From: Felis catus
Lineage: Eukaryota
NCBI RefSeq assembly: GCF_018350175.1
Contig: NC_058368.1
Coordinates: 32,986,001 to 33,050,000, forward strand
Length of the DNA stretch: 64,000 nucleotides
Reading direction: 5' to 3'
The position numbers were made by a program, and so were the translations under genes. This document shows, piece by piece, positions 38,375 to 51,746 of this stretch (position 1 is its first letter; each line of letters starts with the position of its first letter). The notes under the pieces are model-generated. The model saw only the letters and a list, made by a program, of their open reading frames with translations, had not been told where the DNA came from and did no database searches.

Positions 38375-39045
38375 CTTGTATTTTCTCATGATTAATGATG
38401 TTGAACACCTTTTTATATGCCTATTGGCATGTATGTCTTCTTTGGAAAAATGACTTTTCACGTCTCTTGATAATTTTTTAATTGGGCTATTTTTATTTTT
38501 ATTTTTTGCTATTGTGTTGTGTGAGTTCTTGGTATATTCTGGATATCAACCTTTTATCAGATACATGATTTTGAAGTGTTTTCTCCCATTCTATAGGTTG
38601 CCTTTTCATTTTGTTGATAGTTTCCTTTGTCCTTCGCTGTGCAGAAGCTTTTTAGTTTGATGCAGTCCCATTTATTTATTTTTGCTTTTTGTTGCTTTTG
38701 CTTTTGATGTCATGTTGAAAAAATTATCAACAAGACCAGTGGCAAGGGGTTTTCTCCTAGGAGTTTGATAGTTTCAGGTGTTAACATTCAAGTCTTTAAT
38801 CAGTTTTGAGTTGATTTTTGTGTGTGGTATAAGATAGGGGTTCAGCTTCGTTCTTTTGTATGCGGCTGTCCAGTTTTTCCAAAACAACTTCTTGAAGAGA
38901 TTCTCCTTTTCTTTGTCCATTGTATATTCTTGGCTCCTTTATCATGAATTAATTGCTAACATATGCATGGGTTTATTTCTGGGCTCTCGATTCTGTCCCG
39001 TTGATGGATGTGGACAATATCCTACTGTTGTGATGACTATAGCTG
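38375..39045 (-). mobile_element. L1 ORF2 3' fragment (L1MA-like), inverted segment
   Basis: atgattaatgatgttgaacacc...gtgcagaagctttttagtttgatgcagtccc...atatgcatgggtttatttctgggctctc. Confidence 0.9.
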
Positions 39046-39148
39046 TGAGATATCACTTCACATCCGCTAAGATGATGCCTATTATTAAAAAGACGAGAGA
39101 TAACAAGTGTTGGCCAGGATGTGGAGAAAAGAAGACCCTTATACATTG
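39046..39148 (+). mobile_element. L1 ORF2 C-terminal fragment, sense segment
   Basis: Encodes RYHFTSAKMMPIIKKTRDNKCWPGCGEK, resembling the ORF2 cysteine-rich region. Confidence 0.85.
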
Positions 39149-39756
39149 TGATATCTACCCTGAGAATAGAAATTGCCCCATGTCCTCATTGATTCAAAAT
39201 GCAATAAATTTTTGCAAATTGATGAAAAGATGGACCACAAACAGATCTAGACTGGCTGTATGATGACAAATACATCCTGCTATTTTAATGTTAATTACAG
39301 AGATGCTATATGATTGTACAACTCATGGATATGATGAACACAGTAGAACCTATATACTACCATATTTACAATTTAGGGTGTAATTTCAGTAAGAAAATCT
39401 TACCCATAGAAATTAATGGGACTGTTGTAATCTTTCTTTGGAGTTGAGATTTCACAGAATTTGTCAGTAATGTTTTTAAGACTGTACTTTTCTTTGTTCT
39501 TCTGCTATGAACCTTGTTGTTTGTTCATGCTCCCTCTTTGCGGACTTTTATGAATCTTTGTTGTGTGTGATAGGTTTGAAGTACAAAAATGCACTTTTAG
39601 TGCTGTTAATACCCTTTATCTTACCACAGTAACTGGAGTCCAAAGAAATTTAAATTAATTTAATTTAAAAATTAGTGTTGTTAGTAATGGTCTAATTTGT
39701 TAATTTCTACAATTCCAGAAATGGAAGTGCTTTTTATTTTCCTTGGATACACCATT

Positions 39757-39962
39757 CTTTTTAATTTAATTCTTTATTTATTGAAGTATAGTTGACACAG
39801 AATGTGACATTAGTTTCAGGTGTACAACATAGTGATTCAATAACTCTATATGTTGTGCTATGCTCACCACAAGTATAATTACCTTCTGTAATCATACAAC
39901 ACTATTATAAGACTATTACTGTACCCCTCTGAAGTTTTCATTCCATAACTGAAAGCTTGTAC
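39757..39962 (-). mobile_element. L1 3' end fragment
   Basis: ttattgaagtatagttgacaca...ttagtttcaggtgtacaacatagtgattc. Confidence 0.85.
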
Positions 39963-40179
39963 CATCCATTTTTTGAGACCTTAATTTTCAGCTTTATTTT
40001 GCATTATGTGAACTTACATATGAGCTTAATATAATATTAGTGTAACGACCCAAACTGCAACATTTTTGTCCTTTAGCTTTTAGGTGTCATGCTATAAATT
40101 TTAAGAGAAGGATCTCTAAAAATAAATGTGCACATATACATATATATGCATATATATATATGTGAAAATTTCAAAAAAT

Positions 40180-41210
40180 TTTTTCTTAATATTAGGAATT
40201 ATTTCAAACAAATGGGAAGACAGAAAAATGTAATTTTCAGACCTTAATCTGGACAAATGTTTGCATTTTATTTGCTTTAGATTTTAAAATTTTTTTTCAA
40301 GTACCTAAAAAATTATAGAAACATTTCAAACTGCCTGTGCACCCATACCTAATTCATTGCTTTTTTGCTCTCCCAGAGAAAACCAATATCTCAATTTGTA
40401 GTTTATGTTACTTAGTAGGTTGTCTTTCTTTTACTACTAGAGTTATATCCACAAATAATGTATATTATTTGCATCTTTTAAATTTTTACATGAATGACAT
40501 CTAAGGTATATATATGTCATCTTTAATTTGCTTTTTAAAATTTTTCTTGCAGTTTTGAGATTTGTCCATGAGGCAAATGCAGTAATACTTTATTCTAGTA
40601 CAGTATTCTGTTTTGCTTTATTATAAGAATAGACAGTTCCTGACCTAATGATATTTTGCCTTACGATTTTTCAGCTTTGTGATGGTGTAAAAGTGACATA
40701 TATTCAGTAGCAACTGGACTTCACCTTTTGAATTTTGATCTTTTTGGGGGCTAGAGATACACAGTGCAGTGCTCTCTCATGATGCTTGGTGGCGACAGTG
40801 AGCTGCACAACCAGTCAGCCACACTATCATGAGGATAAACCACCAATACACCAATGCAATGGGTTAAATAGCCATTTATACCCATACAGCCATTCTGTTT
40901 TTCGCTTTCAGTACATTATCCAATAAATGGCATGAGATATTCATCATTTTATTATAAAATAGGCTTTGTGTTAGATGATTTTCCCCAAGCGCAGGCTAAT
41001 GGTGGCGTTCTGAGAATTTTTAAGGCACCCAAGGCAGAGCTGTGATGATCAGTAGGTTAGGTGTATTAAATGCATTTCATCTTACGATTTTTTTTCACTT
41101 ATGGTGGCTTATCAGGACATAACTCCATGAGTCAAGGAAGATCTGTATACAATAATTTATTTATCCATTCCCCTCTTAGTGAATATTTAGGTTATTTCTG
41201 ATTATTCATG
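40180..41210 (-). mobile_element. Ancient L1ME-like 3' end hosting a Tigger element
   Basis: ctcccagagaaaaccaatatc; ttttgagatttgtccatg; resumes caataatttatttatccattcccct after the Tigger. Confidence 0.6.
40630..41145 (-). mobile_element. Tigger5/MER47-like Tc1-mariner relic
   Basis: cttacgatttttcagctttgtgatggtg...aggttaggtgtattaaatgcattt...gagtcaaggaagatctg followed by TA. Confidence 0.85.
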
Positions 41211-42305
41211 GTCCCCTTCATTTTTTTTTCTTTTTTATCTTTTACACTGAATTGCATCAGTTTGAGAGAAGAGACTTTCATAGTGCCTTACACATGATAT
41301 GTATACCCTTAGAAGAGCTGATGAGAGAAATGAGAAGAGGGAGATAAATACACAAGAGCTTTTTTAAGAACTGCCCTGGATCTCTCTGTATATTGTAAAT
41401 CTGAAACAGTCTCTTTCAGCTGCTTTACCTTGGTTCTTTACATTCCAGCAGCCAGCCAGCTTGCTTTCTGGAACTGTTCTAAATGTGAACTATTTAATTT
41501 CTGAAATGTGAGTTGCAATGTTCTTTTCATTCTGTGTCCCTAAGTTGTAGAAAATGGGAGTGACTATGCTTATATTGTTAGTAGTTAAAATATCATATTT
41601 ATGGAGTTTTTTATTCTATTTTTCCAGAGGTGCTCTAGAGAATTTACATTGCCAGAACTGTCAATCGACTCCAATGATATGGTGGTCCTCTAAGCCTGAA
41701 AATTTAGCTATAAATTAGCAGAGTTAAAAAGTTATTAAGGGGGTAGTATATTACTGTCCACGAAAAAGGGTGACTGTATAATTGTTTTTAATTTTGAAGA
41801 GGCTTTGGTAACTTCTATGTAACATTATCACAATTGGAAAACTAAAGTTAAGGAAGAGTTTATTATCAATGTCATTCAAAAGCAATGCAGAAAATCATTT
41901 TCCTCTGTTAATACCTCAATCACTAGGTTAAGTTTTACTTGAATGATTCACAGGAGACTTATGAATAGCACATTGTGATATTCAATTAGTTGAAATGTTA
42001 GATTAAAAACGAAGTAATGGAATTAAGAATGTTTTTTATAGCAAGGCAAATTATTAATGCTCTGCTTCATTTTACATTTTTTGGATACTATTTATAAGGT
42101 AAACTACATCACATGTAAACATCCACATCCTTATACACATTTACATATTTGTACAACTTAGCATATTTTTGTTTATCAGCTTGTATTTCACCTACTGCTT
42201 CTAATATCAGTTTATATCTTTTTTATGCCACATCATATAAAGGGAGGCAATTCATTGTATCACTTTTTTTCTGCAAGCACACAACCAGAAAAAAAAATGT
42301 TAATA

Positions 42306-42505
42306 GGGGCACCTGGGTGGCTCAGGTTGGTTAAGCATCTGACTCTTGATTTTGGCTCAGGTCATGATCTCATGGTTCATGAGTTTGAGCTCTGTGCTGA
42401 CATTGCAGAGCCTGCTTGGGATTCTCTCTCCCTCTTTCTCTACCCCTCCCCCACTTGTGCACTCTTTCTCTCTCTCTCTCTCTCTCAAAACAAACATTTA
42501 AAAAA
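42306..42505 (+). mobile_element. CanSINE
   Basis: ggggcacctgggtggctcaggttggttaagc head, (CT)n, A tail. Confidence 0.94.
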
Positions 42506-43726
42506 GGTGTATTAATAAATGTCCAACAACAAGAGACCAAGATGTTGTGTTTATATAAAGTCTATACAATAATGGATGTTATGTTGGCCTGTGTATGTAC
42601 AAGGCTTGGTTCGACATTTAACATTCTTTCAGTTTATAACCCTTACATTTAAATCATTTATTGGCTAATAAATACCTAACTTCACTCTTACCTTTTTTTC
42701 CTCATTCTTTGAGACATGATTTAGATAGGTAAAGATGTATATATGATTGTATTCACAATACAATCCTACACAATAATCTGATTTTAGCTTTAAATTTTCT
42801 CTGGTTTATTTCATCATATTCTAATTATATAACTTAAGTTTCAAAAGACCATCATCTTTTATTATGTAAGTTTTACAGCAAATATCTTCATAAAATTTAT
42901 GTTCAAAATGTTATGTTTGATTGTCTTTTAAGGTATTTCATGTAAACTATTTCCTCCTCCCCAAAATCTTAATGTAATATTCAATGATAGCAGCAGTTTT
43001 AATTCACATTTATATATCTCCTCTTGAACTTTTAATCCGAAAGTTAAAGATAAAAGGCAGATATATTTGGAAATACTTATGAGAGATGTAAGAGATGATA
43101 TTAAGAAAAGCCAAGAAGAAAAGGGATAACTTGTATATAAATATAGAAATTAATGTATTGTTCAAGAAGCATTTGTATCTATGAAAATTGATTGACCATT
43201 GTTGTAGTTATTATACCTTAGTGTACATTAAAGATATAAAAAAAAGTGAAAGGGGAGGTCCCTGATCACAATACAAAAGTACAAAACGGTTGTGTTTATT
43301 TTTATAAAAAGCAACATCATATTTATTTTTATTGCATTACATGATGCAAATTTTAAAAATGTAGGTGAGATATGTCAGTGTGGAAGCAAAGTAAAGTTGT
43401 AATATACATTCTGATTTATATGTGATGAAGAAACTTTGCCTTATTTTTCAGGGAGGGATTTAATGAGTCATTCTAATATGTATTAAAACATTTACTTCTC
43501 ATAATCCTTAAAATATATAAAACAAAAGGAGATTTATAGAGTGTGATTTAATGGAAAGTACCTACTTTAAAGACTGAAGGTCTGCGTTAAAATAGTCCAT
43601 GCTGTCAATTTCCTTGAGCACCTTATATAAACATTTTGAGTCTCAGTTTATGATGCTTAAAAAATCTTAATTGTGTTTATACCACCATTTTGCCATGAGT
43701 AGCTAGTACTTCTACTCAAGCCTGAA

Positions 43727-43905
43727 TTTTTATTTATTTTTATTTTTCAAGTTTTAATTTAATTCCAGTTAGTTAATATACAGTGTAATATTAGTTTCAG
43801 GTGTAGAATGTAGTGATTCATCACCTATGTAAAACATCCAGTGCTCATCACAAGTGCCTTCCTTAATACCCATCACCCTTTTAACCCACCCACCTGTCCT
43901 CCAAC
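43727..43905 (-). mobile_element. Carnivore L1 3' end fragment
   Basis: ttccagttagttaatatacagtgtaatattagtttcaggtgtagaa...ccttaatacccatcaccc. Confidence 0.9.
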
Positions 43906-44309
43906 AATGGACAGAACTCTACAACAGTAACGGAAATTGAATAAAATTTCAATTGAATAAAAGTTAATTTTCTACTGTTTTTAGAAACCTTTCTCAATTA
44001 GCACACTGATTTGAAATAACTTGTGATAAGTGACCATGTTTCATTTAAAAACAAAAAACTGAGTCCTGTCTGAAATTATGTTTGATCAGGTTCTGACCAT
44101 TCCCCAAACGTGATACTCAAGACATTGGTCTGCTATTACACTCTGCCATGATGGCTGTTTGCTGAAGTAAAGGATTTCTTCTCCTTTTCAGTAACTGTGA
44201 ACTCAGACAAAATAGACCAGTGGGGAATTCGTATGTGAAAGATCATGCTGTAAGGTCAGAAAAGGAAGGATAGAAATATCCATATCCAAAAACATGTTGT
44301 ATATTTTTC

Positions 44310-44755
44310 TACACAGTAGATTTTTAACACAGGCTGAGCCAGTCACTATTTTGGTCCTGTTGGTATAACAGTGAACAGGTTAGAAAAAAAATCTTTAATT
44401 CCATTAGACTTTGATTTCAATGTTGGGATAAATTCAAAGTAACTTAACATATAAACAAACACACTTCAGATTGTGTAGCCAAGGAAGGTCTTTGAGAAGA
44501 TAACTTTTAGGCTAAGATCTAAATGGGAGGATATCCTGGCCATAGAAAGATTGTGGGAAAAATATTCCAGGAAGAGAGAAGAATGGAATTTGTCATATGC
44601 GTGAAGAATGGATTTAGAGGGTAAGAATCAGTGTGGAGGTAGGGTTGTGGAAGCCAGATTGTATAGAATCGTAATCAGGATAAAGTTATTGATTTATTCT
44701 AAGTATAAAGGGGGAAAAATGGAAGATTTTAAGCAGAGTGGTTGACAGGATTTCT
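44310..44755 (-). mobile_element. L2 fragment
   Basis: caaggaaggtctttgagaagataactttt...aatattccaggaagagag...ggaagattttaagcagag. Confidence 0.7.
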
Positions 44756-45042
44756 TTCTTTGGAGCCTGGGATTTAGAAGGTAAAAGTAGATGTCAAAGA
44801 GGAGGGTGTTTGCTTTTACTTGTCTTTGTTTTTCTGTAATAACCCATTTGAGAAATACGAGTGGCATAACTAAAGAAACATACCTGTATTAGTTCCTTTT
44901 TTATCCGTGCATCACAATTATAAGCGTATCTTACTCTAATATTACAAATTACATAATGTGTAGTGGATAGATGAATGGACAGGTAGACACATAGATAAGA
45001 AAGAAAGGGAGAAAGACAAATGTAATACTTACACTCTAGGAT

Positions 45043-45240
45043 AGGAGTTGGCAAACTGTTACCATAAAGGTCTGGATACTACACATTTTGGATGTCAGGG
45101 CCATATGATCTCTGCAACTAATCTCACTGTAGCATGGAAATAGCCCAATACATAAATGAAGGGGTTTGACTGTGTTCCAATAAAAATTTATTTATGAAAA
45201 CAGCTGACAGGCCAAATTGGACTCTAGCTTGTTAAATTCT
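45043..45240 (+). mobile_element. MER58A-like hAT relic
   Basis: ggagttggcaaact...gactgtgttccaataaaaatttatttatgaaaacag...caggccaaattgg. Confidence 0.8.
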
Positions 45241-45545
45241 ACTCCGGCATAGAGAATATATAATTTACAGTTTGGTGAATAAGAATGTATTTTATTTAGT
45301 TTCATAAAATACATAATTATAAAATAAATAACAAATATAATATGCAATGTTTATGATATGTCCTATTAAATGTCATATACTATTTTGAACATATTCATAA
45401 TGTGTAACATGTGATATATAATACATATCCCATGATAAATATGATTAACAATGTAGCATTTTAGTATATCAAGTGTATCATAGTGCTGGTAACAAATAAA
45501 TATATTGTTCTTCTATATAAAGTTCAGATTCTTTATATATAGAAT

Positions 45546-45570
45546 ACACACACACACACACACACACACA
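45546..45570. repeat. (AC)n microsatellite
   Basis: About 12 units. Confidence 0.9.
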
Positions 45571-46037
45571 ATGTGTCTGGAACACAGGATACAATGAAAA
45601 AAAAAACAAGAAAAATACTTAAATATGCCAAGAATTTGCCAAAGTTATTATTTTTGTACTTTAAGTGAAACTTTTTTGTGTTATCTCTGAAAGTATTTGG
45701 AGCAATTTCTATCCTTGTTTATGAATAAACAAGTTAAATAAACCAAAAGTAATCTAAGAGGATGAAATAAAATAACTATACGTGGGTGGGGAAATGTCCA
45801 CTCCTGGCCTCTAAGAAAAAAAAAAAGTGTTTATGCGAGAATTGGATGGAAAAGACTTAGCCTTTGAAATTCTGCCAGCAAGTTGTTCTTGGCCCTGAGG
45901 GAGTTCTCACTTCAAAGGAACAGGAAGAAGAATATGCTGCATCTTATAGCAAAGTGATCAAGTCAAAAAGGTTAGGGATGAGTTTGGGGATGTAGGGAGG
46001 GCCTAATGCGTAGAGTTCTTTAAAGGGCATGGTGATA

Positions 46038-46249
46038 GGGGAGCCTGTGTGGCTCAGTCGGTTAGTGTCTGACTTTGGCTCAGGTCACGATCTCACGGTT
46101 CTTGAGTTTGAGCCCCGCATCAGGCTCTGTGCTGACAGCTCAGAGTCTGAGCCTGCTTCAGATTCTGTGCCTGCCTCTCTCTCTGCCCCTCCCCTGCTCA
46201 TGCTCTGTCTCTCTCTCTCTCAAAGTCATAAACAAAAAATTTTTAAAAA
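46038..46249 (+). mobile_element. CanSINE
   Basis: Head ggggagcctgtgtggctcagtcggtta; degenerate TSD gggcatggtgata / ggacgtggtggta. Confidence 0.94.
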
Positions 46250-46316
46250 GGACGTGGTGGTAATTTATAGGAAGAAAGAGCATGGTGATAATTTATAGGA
46301 AGTGATCAAAAGACAC

Positions 46317-46522
46317 TTTTTAATTTTTTTTAATGTTTGTTTATCTTAGAGCGCACGCGTGCGCGCATGAGTGGGGGAGGGCAGAGAGAGGGAGACACAG
46401 AATCTGAAGAAGGCTCCAGACTCTGAGCTGTCAGCACAGAGCCCCATGCGGGCTCAAGAACTGTGAGATCATGACCTGAGCCGAAGTCGGACGATCAACC
46501 GACTGACCCAAACCAGGCACCC
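46317..46522 (-). mobile_element. CanSINE
   Basis: Antisense body; aagacact duplicated at both flanks. Confidence 0.94.
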
Positions 46523-47014
46523 GGGAAGACACTAATTTTTTTTGAGTATTGTAATATGAAACACAAAATTACTCTGTCTTGCTGTGGTTTGGCAATAGAT
46601 ATGAAGAAGAAACTTTGATCATTCCCCAAAATTTATCTAGGACAATCTCTCCACTCATCCCAAACTTCTAGAAACTTCTGATTTCTTTTTGCTTACTATA
46701 GCTTTGTCTTTCCCAAAATGTCATACAAATGAGATCATACACTATGAATATATTTTGACTCTGGTTTCTTTTATTTATATATGTTTTCATTTATATATAT
46801 TAGCAAATGAGCATTTTTAATGGAAAATTTTTTTTCTGCTTTTAAAGAAAAGTTATTCATTAAAAATTTTTCACGCCACAAATTATTTCTTATCAACTTG
46901 TCTACAACAAAACAAGTCTATCTAGACCCAGTGTTTGAGAATAGATAAAGTAGACATCTTTGCCACTCACTTTGATCACCAGGATTTTTTACTCAGATTT
47001 AAAACTGAAGTCAA

Positions 47015-47213
47015 GGGGCGCCTGGGGGGCTCAGTTAAGTGTCCAGTTTCAGCTCAGGTCATGATGTCCCAGTCTGTGTTCCAGCCCCATGAGGGGTCTG
47101 TAGCCTGCTTCAGATTCTGTGTCTCCCTCTCTCTTGGCCCCTCCTCCTGTCATACTCTGTCTCTCAAAAATGAATATACACTTAAAAAATTAAAAAAAAA
47201 GCAATAAAAAAAT
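47015..47213 (+). mobile_element. CanSINE with internal deletion
   Basis: TSD aaaactgaagtca / aaaactgaagcca. Confidence 0.93.
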
Positions 47214-47339
47214 AAAACTGAAGCCAGTTACTCTACATAGACCTTAGTTTAGTTTCCAGGCATTAACAGGTGTATATCTAGCCAGGACCTACTGGGCTTA
47301 TTTGGGACTTTGCCTACTCTCATTACAGGCATCTATGAT

Positions 47340-47500
47340 TAGGATTTATGGTCAGATGTGATCCAAATCTTCCATCCTTCCTATGTGGGTAATGTTGGGC
47401 AAGTTACTTAACATTATGGTTTATGTGCCTCTGTTTGTCTGTTTTGGTGAGGATTAAATATAAAGTATTTAGAATGATGGCACATCTAAAATGTTTCTTA
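47340..47500 (+). mobile_element. MIR
   Basis: tgggtaatgttgggcaagttacttaac...gtgcctctgttt...tgagggattaaat. Confidence 0.7.
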
Positions 47501-49287
47501 TCTCCCATTGATTGCTACTGTTCTTATTATTAATAGTCTCATTATAATATAAAAGTCTATATCCTATAGTAGACCTCCCAAACTGTGTTTCATAAGCCAA
47601 ATATAGTTTGCAGAGAAGTTTTATGTATTCTACACTACCAGCCCCACATAATGTTATAAATCTATATTTAATGCCATTGTTGAAATTGGGATATTTCACA
47701 TGAAAAAACATATATTCTGTTGAAAAATTGGCTTGTGTATTAATCATATGTTCATATTCTTGTTTGGCCATATAAAAGTCTAGATTAAAGTAAAAGCTGC
47801 TCCCAGTGTAGACAGGAATTAACAAGCTCCAGGTCTCTATAGATCTATAAATTATCATTCAGCTTAGAGGCTGATTACTTTCACACCCCCTACAAACCAC
47901 TCTTTATTGAGATTATAGTAACTTTCTGGCACCTGATGGCTTGCAAAATTGAAGCCTGCTTCTTGGAACAAACACTTCATTACAAGGCCCATCCTTAAAT
48001 AATTGCACATTATGAGATTCCCTCCCATTTTTTAACCTCTTGCTCTCTATTGTTTACAGTTTTGCATATTGAGAACTGTTTTGTTTGAATATTCGTACCA
48101 TAGTAGGGACTAATAGGGAACGAGATCACAATTCTGTTTCTGACCGGCTCAGAATATGTCTTCTTTTTTTTCCTATCATTTTAGAGGGACATTCACCTGT
48201 TGCTTCGCCTTTCTATGTATGTCTTGGGAGGGAATTTTTTGTTTGTTTTTGTCATTGAAGCCTCTGTATTCTGGATTTATGCACAGATAATTGGTAGAGT
48301 CAATTACATCAAACTTCTTTCGGTTCTGTCTGCCTGTTCTGGTTAAGCATATGGCATGCAATGAGTAATCAAGACCGTATTCTAAATTCAATCTTTTCTA
48401 TCATTCATTTAGTGGAAAACTTCTCCAGGCAATAGCAAACATTCAGTGCTGTTGCCAGACTTTGCTTTTTCTGTATTCTCAAGGATATTTTCTAGGGATA
48501 TGGAAAAAGTTTTGTATTTGGAACGGAAAAAAAAAATGCAACGATGTTACTATCAGCAGGAATTATCTGTTTACTTTTCTGTCTGTGCTACTCTTTGCTG
48601 AACTCTTTGAGGTCTGGTCTTTTAATCCCTAAAGCCTAGAACAGTTACTGACATATAATAGCCTTTCAGTAAATATTTACTGAATGAGCTTTCTCTCTGA
48701 GGCTTGCACCTGCTCTGAATTGACTTCATGTGCATCTCCACAATCTTGTGTTGGTCTGTGAAAGCAGTATACATCTCAGATCTTCCAGATCAGTATCACC
48801 AGGGTAATGTTTGATTTTACTGTATAAACATAAGTGAAAGGCAAGGGGTATATATGACTCCTTTCACACAGAGGAGCTTGTGTTTTCTTTGTCAAAGTGT
48901 TACACCAGGTCAGAGCTACCAAGTTTTTTTGCTTTCGTTTTTACAGTGGAACATTCCAGGTGTCACTGTCATTATCTCAATAAAGCAATATGGTCCCTGA
49001 CCCATATTGAAATAGTAATATTTAACACATCTTGGACAACTGGAAATGAAATTATTTCTGAAAGTCATTAACATAGATCCCTTGTTACTTTCCAAGACTA
49101 AAGACAAACATTTAAAATATTTTAATAAATAAATGTGTTTAATACCTCTGGAAGGACTGAGAATAACTTGGATATTTAAACCAAAAGATAAAATTGGGCA
49201 ATTCAAAATCCAGAAAGGATGTCATAAATACATAACATATTGCATTTATAAATCAGTTTAACCTGCTGTTTTAAAAACAGAAACATT

Positions 49288-49452
49288 GGCGTGCCTGTGG
49301 CTCAGTCAGTTCAGCGTCCAACTTCTGTTCCGGTCATGGTCTCACGGTTTGTGAGTTTGAGCCCCACGTCAGACTCTGTGCCTACAGCTCAGAGCCCGGA
49401 GCCTGCTTCAGATTGTGTGTCTCCCTCTCTCTCTGACCCTCCCCTGCTCACA
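49288..49452 (+). mobile_element. CanSINE lacking its 3' tail
   Basis: Head through cctcccctgctcaca, then abrupt junction. Confidence 0.9.
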
Positions 49453-49554
49453 ATGAGTTGTCAACATAGAGCCCAACGTAGGCTTAAACTCACAGACCAT
49501 GAGGTCATGACCTGAGCCAAAGGCAGACACTTAACCAACTGAGCCACCCAGGCT
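49453..49554 (-). mobile_element. CanSINE 5' half only
   Basis: gagttgtcaacatagagccc...ctgagccacccaggc with no CT tract or tail. Confidence 0.88.
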
Positions 49555-49555
49555 C

Positions 49556-49744
49556 ATTTTAAAAATGATTATTTTTTTGAGATAGCGCCAGTGGGGAGAA
49601 GCAAAGTAAAAGAGGGACAGAGGATCCGAAGCAGGCTCCATGCTGACAGCAGCAAGCACCATGGGGGACTCAAACTCAGGAACCATGAGATCCTCATGTG
49701 AGCTGAAGTCAGATGCTCACCCTACTGAGCCACCCAGGCACCCC
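49556..49744 (-). mobile_element. CanSINE
   Basis: ggacagaggatccgaagcaggctcc...ctgagccacccaggcacccc. Confidence 0.92.
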
Positions 49745-49764
49745 AGTAATTAGATAATTTAAAA

Positions 49765-49979
49765 TTTTTTTTCAACGTTTATTTATTTATTTGTGGGACA
49801 GAGAGAGACAGAGCATGAACGGGGGAGGGGCAGAGAGAGAGGGAGACACAGAATCGGAAACAGGCTCCAGGCGCTGAGCCATCAGCCCAGAGCCTGACGC
49901 GGGGCTCGAACTCACGGACTGCGAGATCGTGACCTGGCTGAAGTCAGACGCTTAACCGACTGCGCCACCCAGGCGCCCC
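49765..49979 (-). mobile_element. Young felid SINEC_Fc
   Basis: Near-consensus, CpG-intact; TSD tagataattt at 49751 and 49980. Confidence 0.98.
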
Positions 49980-51524
49980 TAGATAATTTTAAAGGAAAGT
50001 TCGTGAAAACTCTCCAGTGACAATTATGACTTTGGGAATGCCATTATAAAAATCCCTTACTAGTCAGGCTTAATGTTTGAGGAATAATTTCTCATGGAAA
50101 ATGTCAAAATGAGTAAGTGTTTTGATCCAAACCTTGTCACTGTGCACCTTATTTAAATGGAAAAATTTTCCGCTTTGTTACTGTCATTTGACACCAATAT
50201 ATTTAAGGGAAAATAAACATAGCATTCGGACGTTTCCTTTAAGTTATCTCTCAGTAGTGATAAATGTTGGCCTGAAAAAAAAATAAAGCACTCCCTACCC
50301 ATGTACCTGTCAAATGACAATGTTTTAAGTATTGATGCCATAAAATATTGTTATTCTTCACATTTCTATCCCTGTGTCTACACACATGGAACAACAGCAA
50401 CATGTAGTAGTGTGATACGAAATATTAAACTCCTGTGATCTTAATAAAGACTTAGAACTATTGGAAATTTACTGTAAGACCAATTAAATTATTTGGAATC
50501 AATTTCATTTGCTATAAAATGAGCAACTATATATCACATATTTTATTTATTTGGCAAGTTTAACGTCAATATCAAACTTGCTGACATAGCTAGAAATTAC
50601 TTTGAAATGTCTTAAAGTTCTTGAGAGATATTATTTTACAGATCTCTCAATAGGCTATTCTCTACACACATTATGCAAACTGATACGTACTATTTCCCAT
50701 ATCTTTTTTTAGACTTGTTCCTATTTCAAAGACCTTTCCAAAACTCTGAGATTTCACTACCCCTGTACTTTACTACTTTAGGACAAGATCAATGAAACCT
50801 CATCATCAGAAAACGTTAGTTTATTAATGAAAGTTCCACTTCTTATCTGCATTTTTATTTCATCTTCTGTGTCTTTATAGGACCTTTATCAGTTTATTAA
50901 TGTAAACGTAAGCACATGTATCGTTAAATGATGGGTTACAAACTGATGTTTCATCTTTTTGGATGCTGTGCCATGACGCTGCATTATACACTATATAGGT
51001 CTTAGGCTCTGACAAGCAGAATTTCCACTTCCTGTTGAAAACCTTAATAGATGTAACTTACATATGTGTAGATTACAAATGAGCTTGAAGGCTGGATGGA
51101 TAGGTTGCATCACATCTTAGATATTGTAAATAATGCCTCAGTGAACATGGGGGTGCACATATCTTTTTGAGTCCGTGTTTTAGTTTTCTTTGGATAAAAA
51201 CCCAGAAATGGAATTTCTGGATCATATGGTACTTCTTGGTTTTATGTTTTTAAATCTTTTCTATGCTGTTTTTCACTGTGGCCATACCATTTATATTCTG
51301 ACCAAAATTGCACAAGTGATCCCTTTTCTCTACATCTTGGCCAACTTATTTTCTTCTCTTTGATAATAGCCGTTTAACATGTGTGAGGTGATATCTCACT
51401 GTGTTTGATAGGCATTTCCCTAATGATTAGTGATGTTGAGCATCTTGTCATGTCCCTGTTGGCCATCTATATATCCTTTTTGGAAAAATTGTCTACTCGA
51501 ATTATCTGCCCACTTTTTAATCAC

Positions 51525-51746
51525 TTTTTTTTTTTAATTTTTTTTAACTTTTATTTATTTTTGAGACAGAGAGAGACAGAGCATGAACGGGGGAGGGTCA
51601 GAGAGAGGGAGACACAGAATCTGAAACAGGCTCCAGGCTCTGAGCTGTCAGCACAGAGCCCGACGTGGGGCTCGAACTCACGGACCGCGAGATCATGACC
51701 TGAGCCGAAGTCGGCCGCCCAACTGACCAAGCCACCCAGGCGCCCC
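51525..51746 (-). mobile_element. Felid CanSINE inside the L1
   Basis: CpG-rich antisense body; TSD tttaatcac. Confidence 0.96.

Noticed and set aside
47469..47858. 129-aa minus-strand ORF
   Set aside because: AT-rich composition, overlaps a MIR end, no recognisable domain or splice structure.
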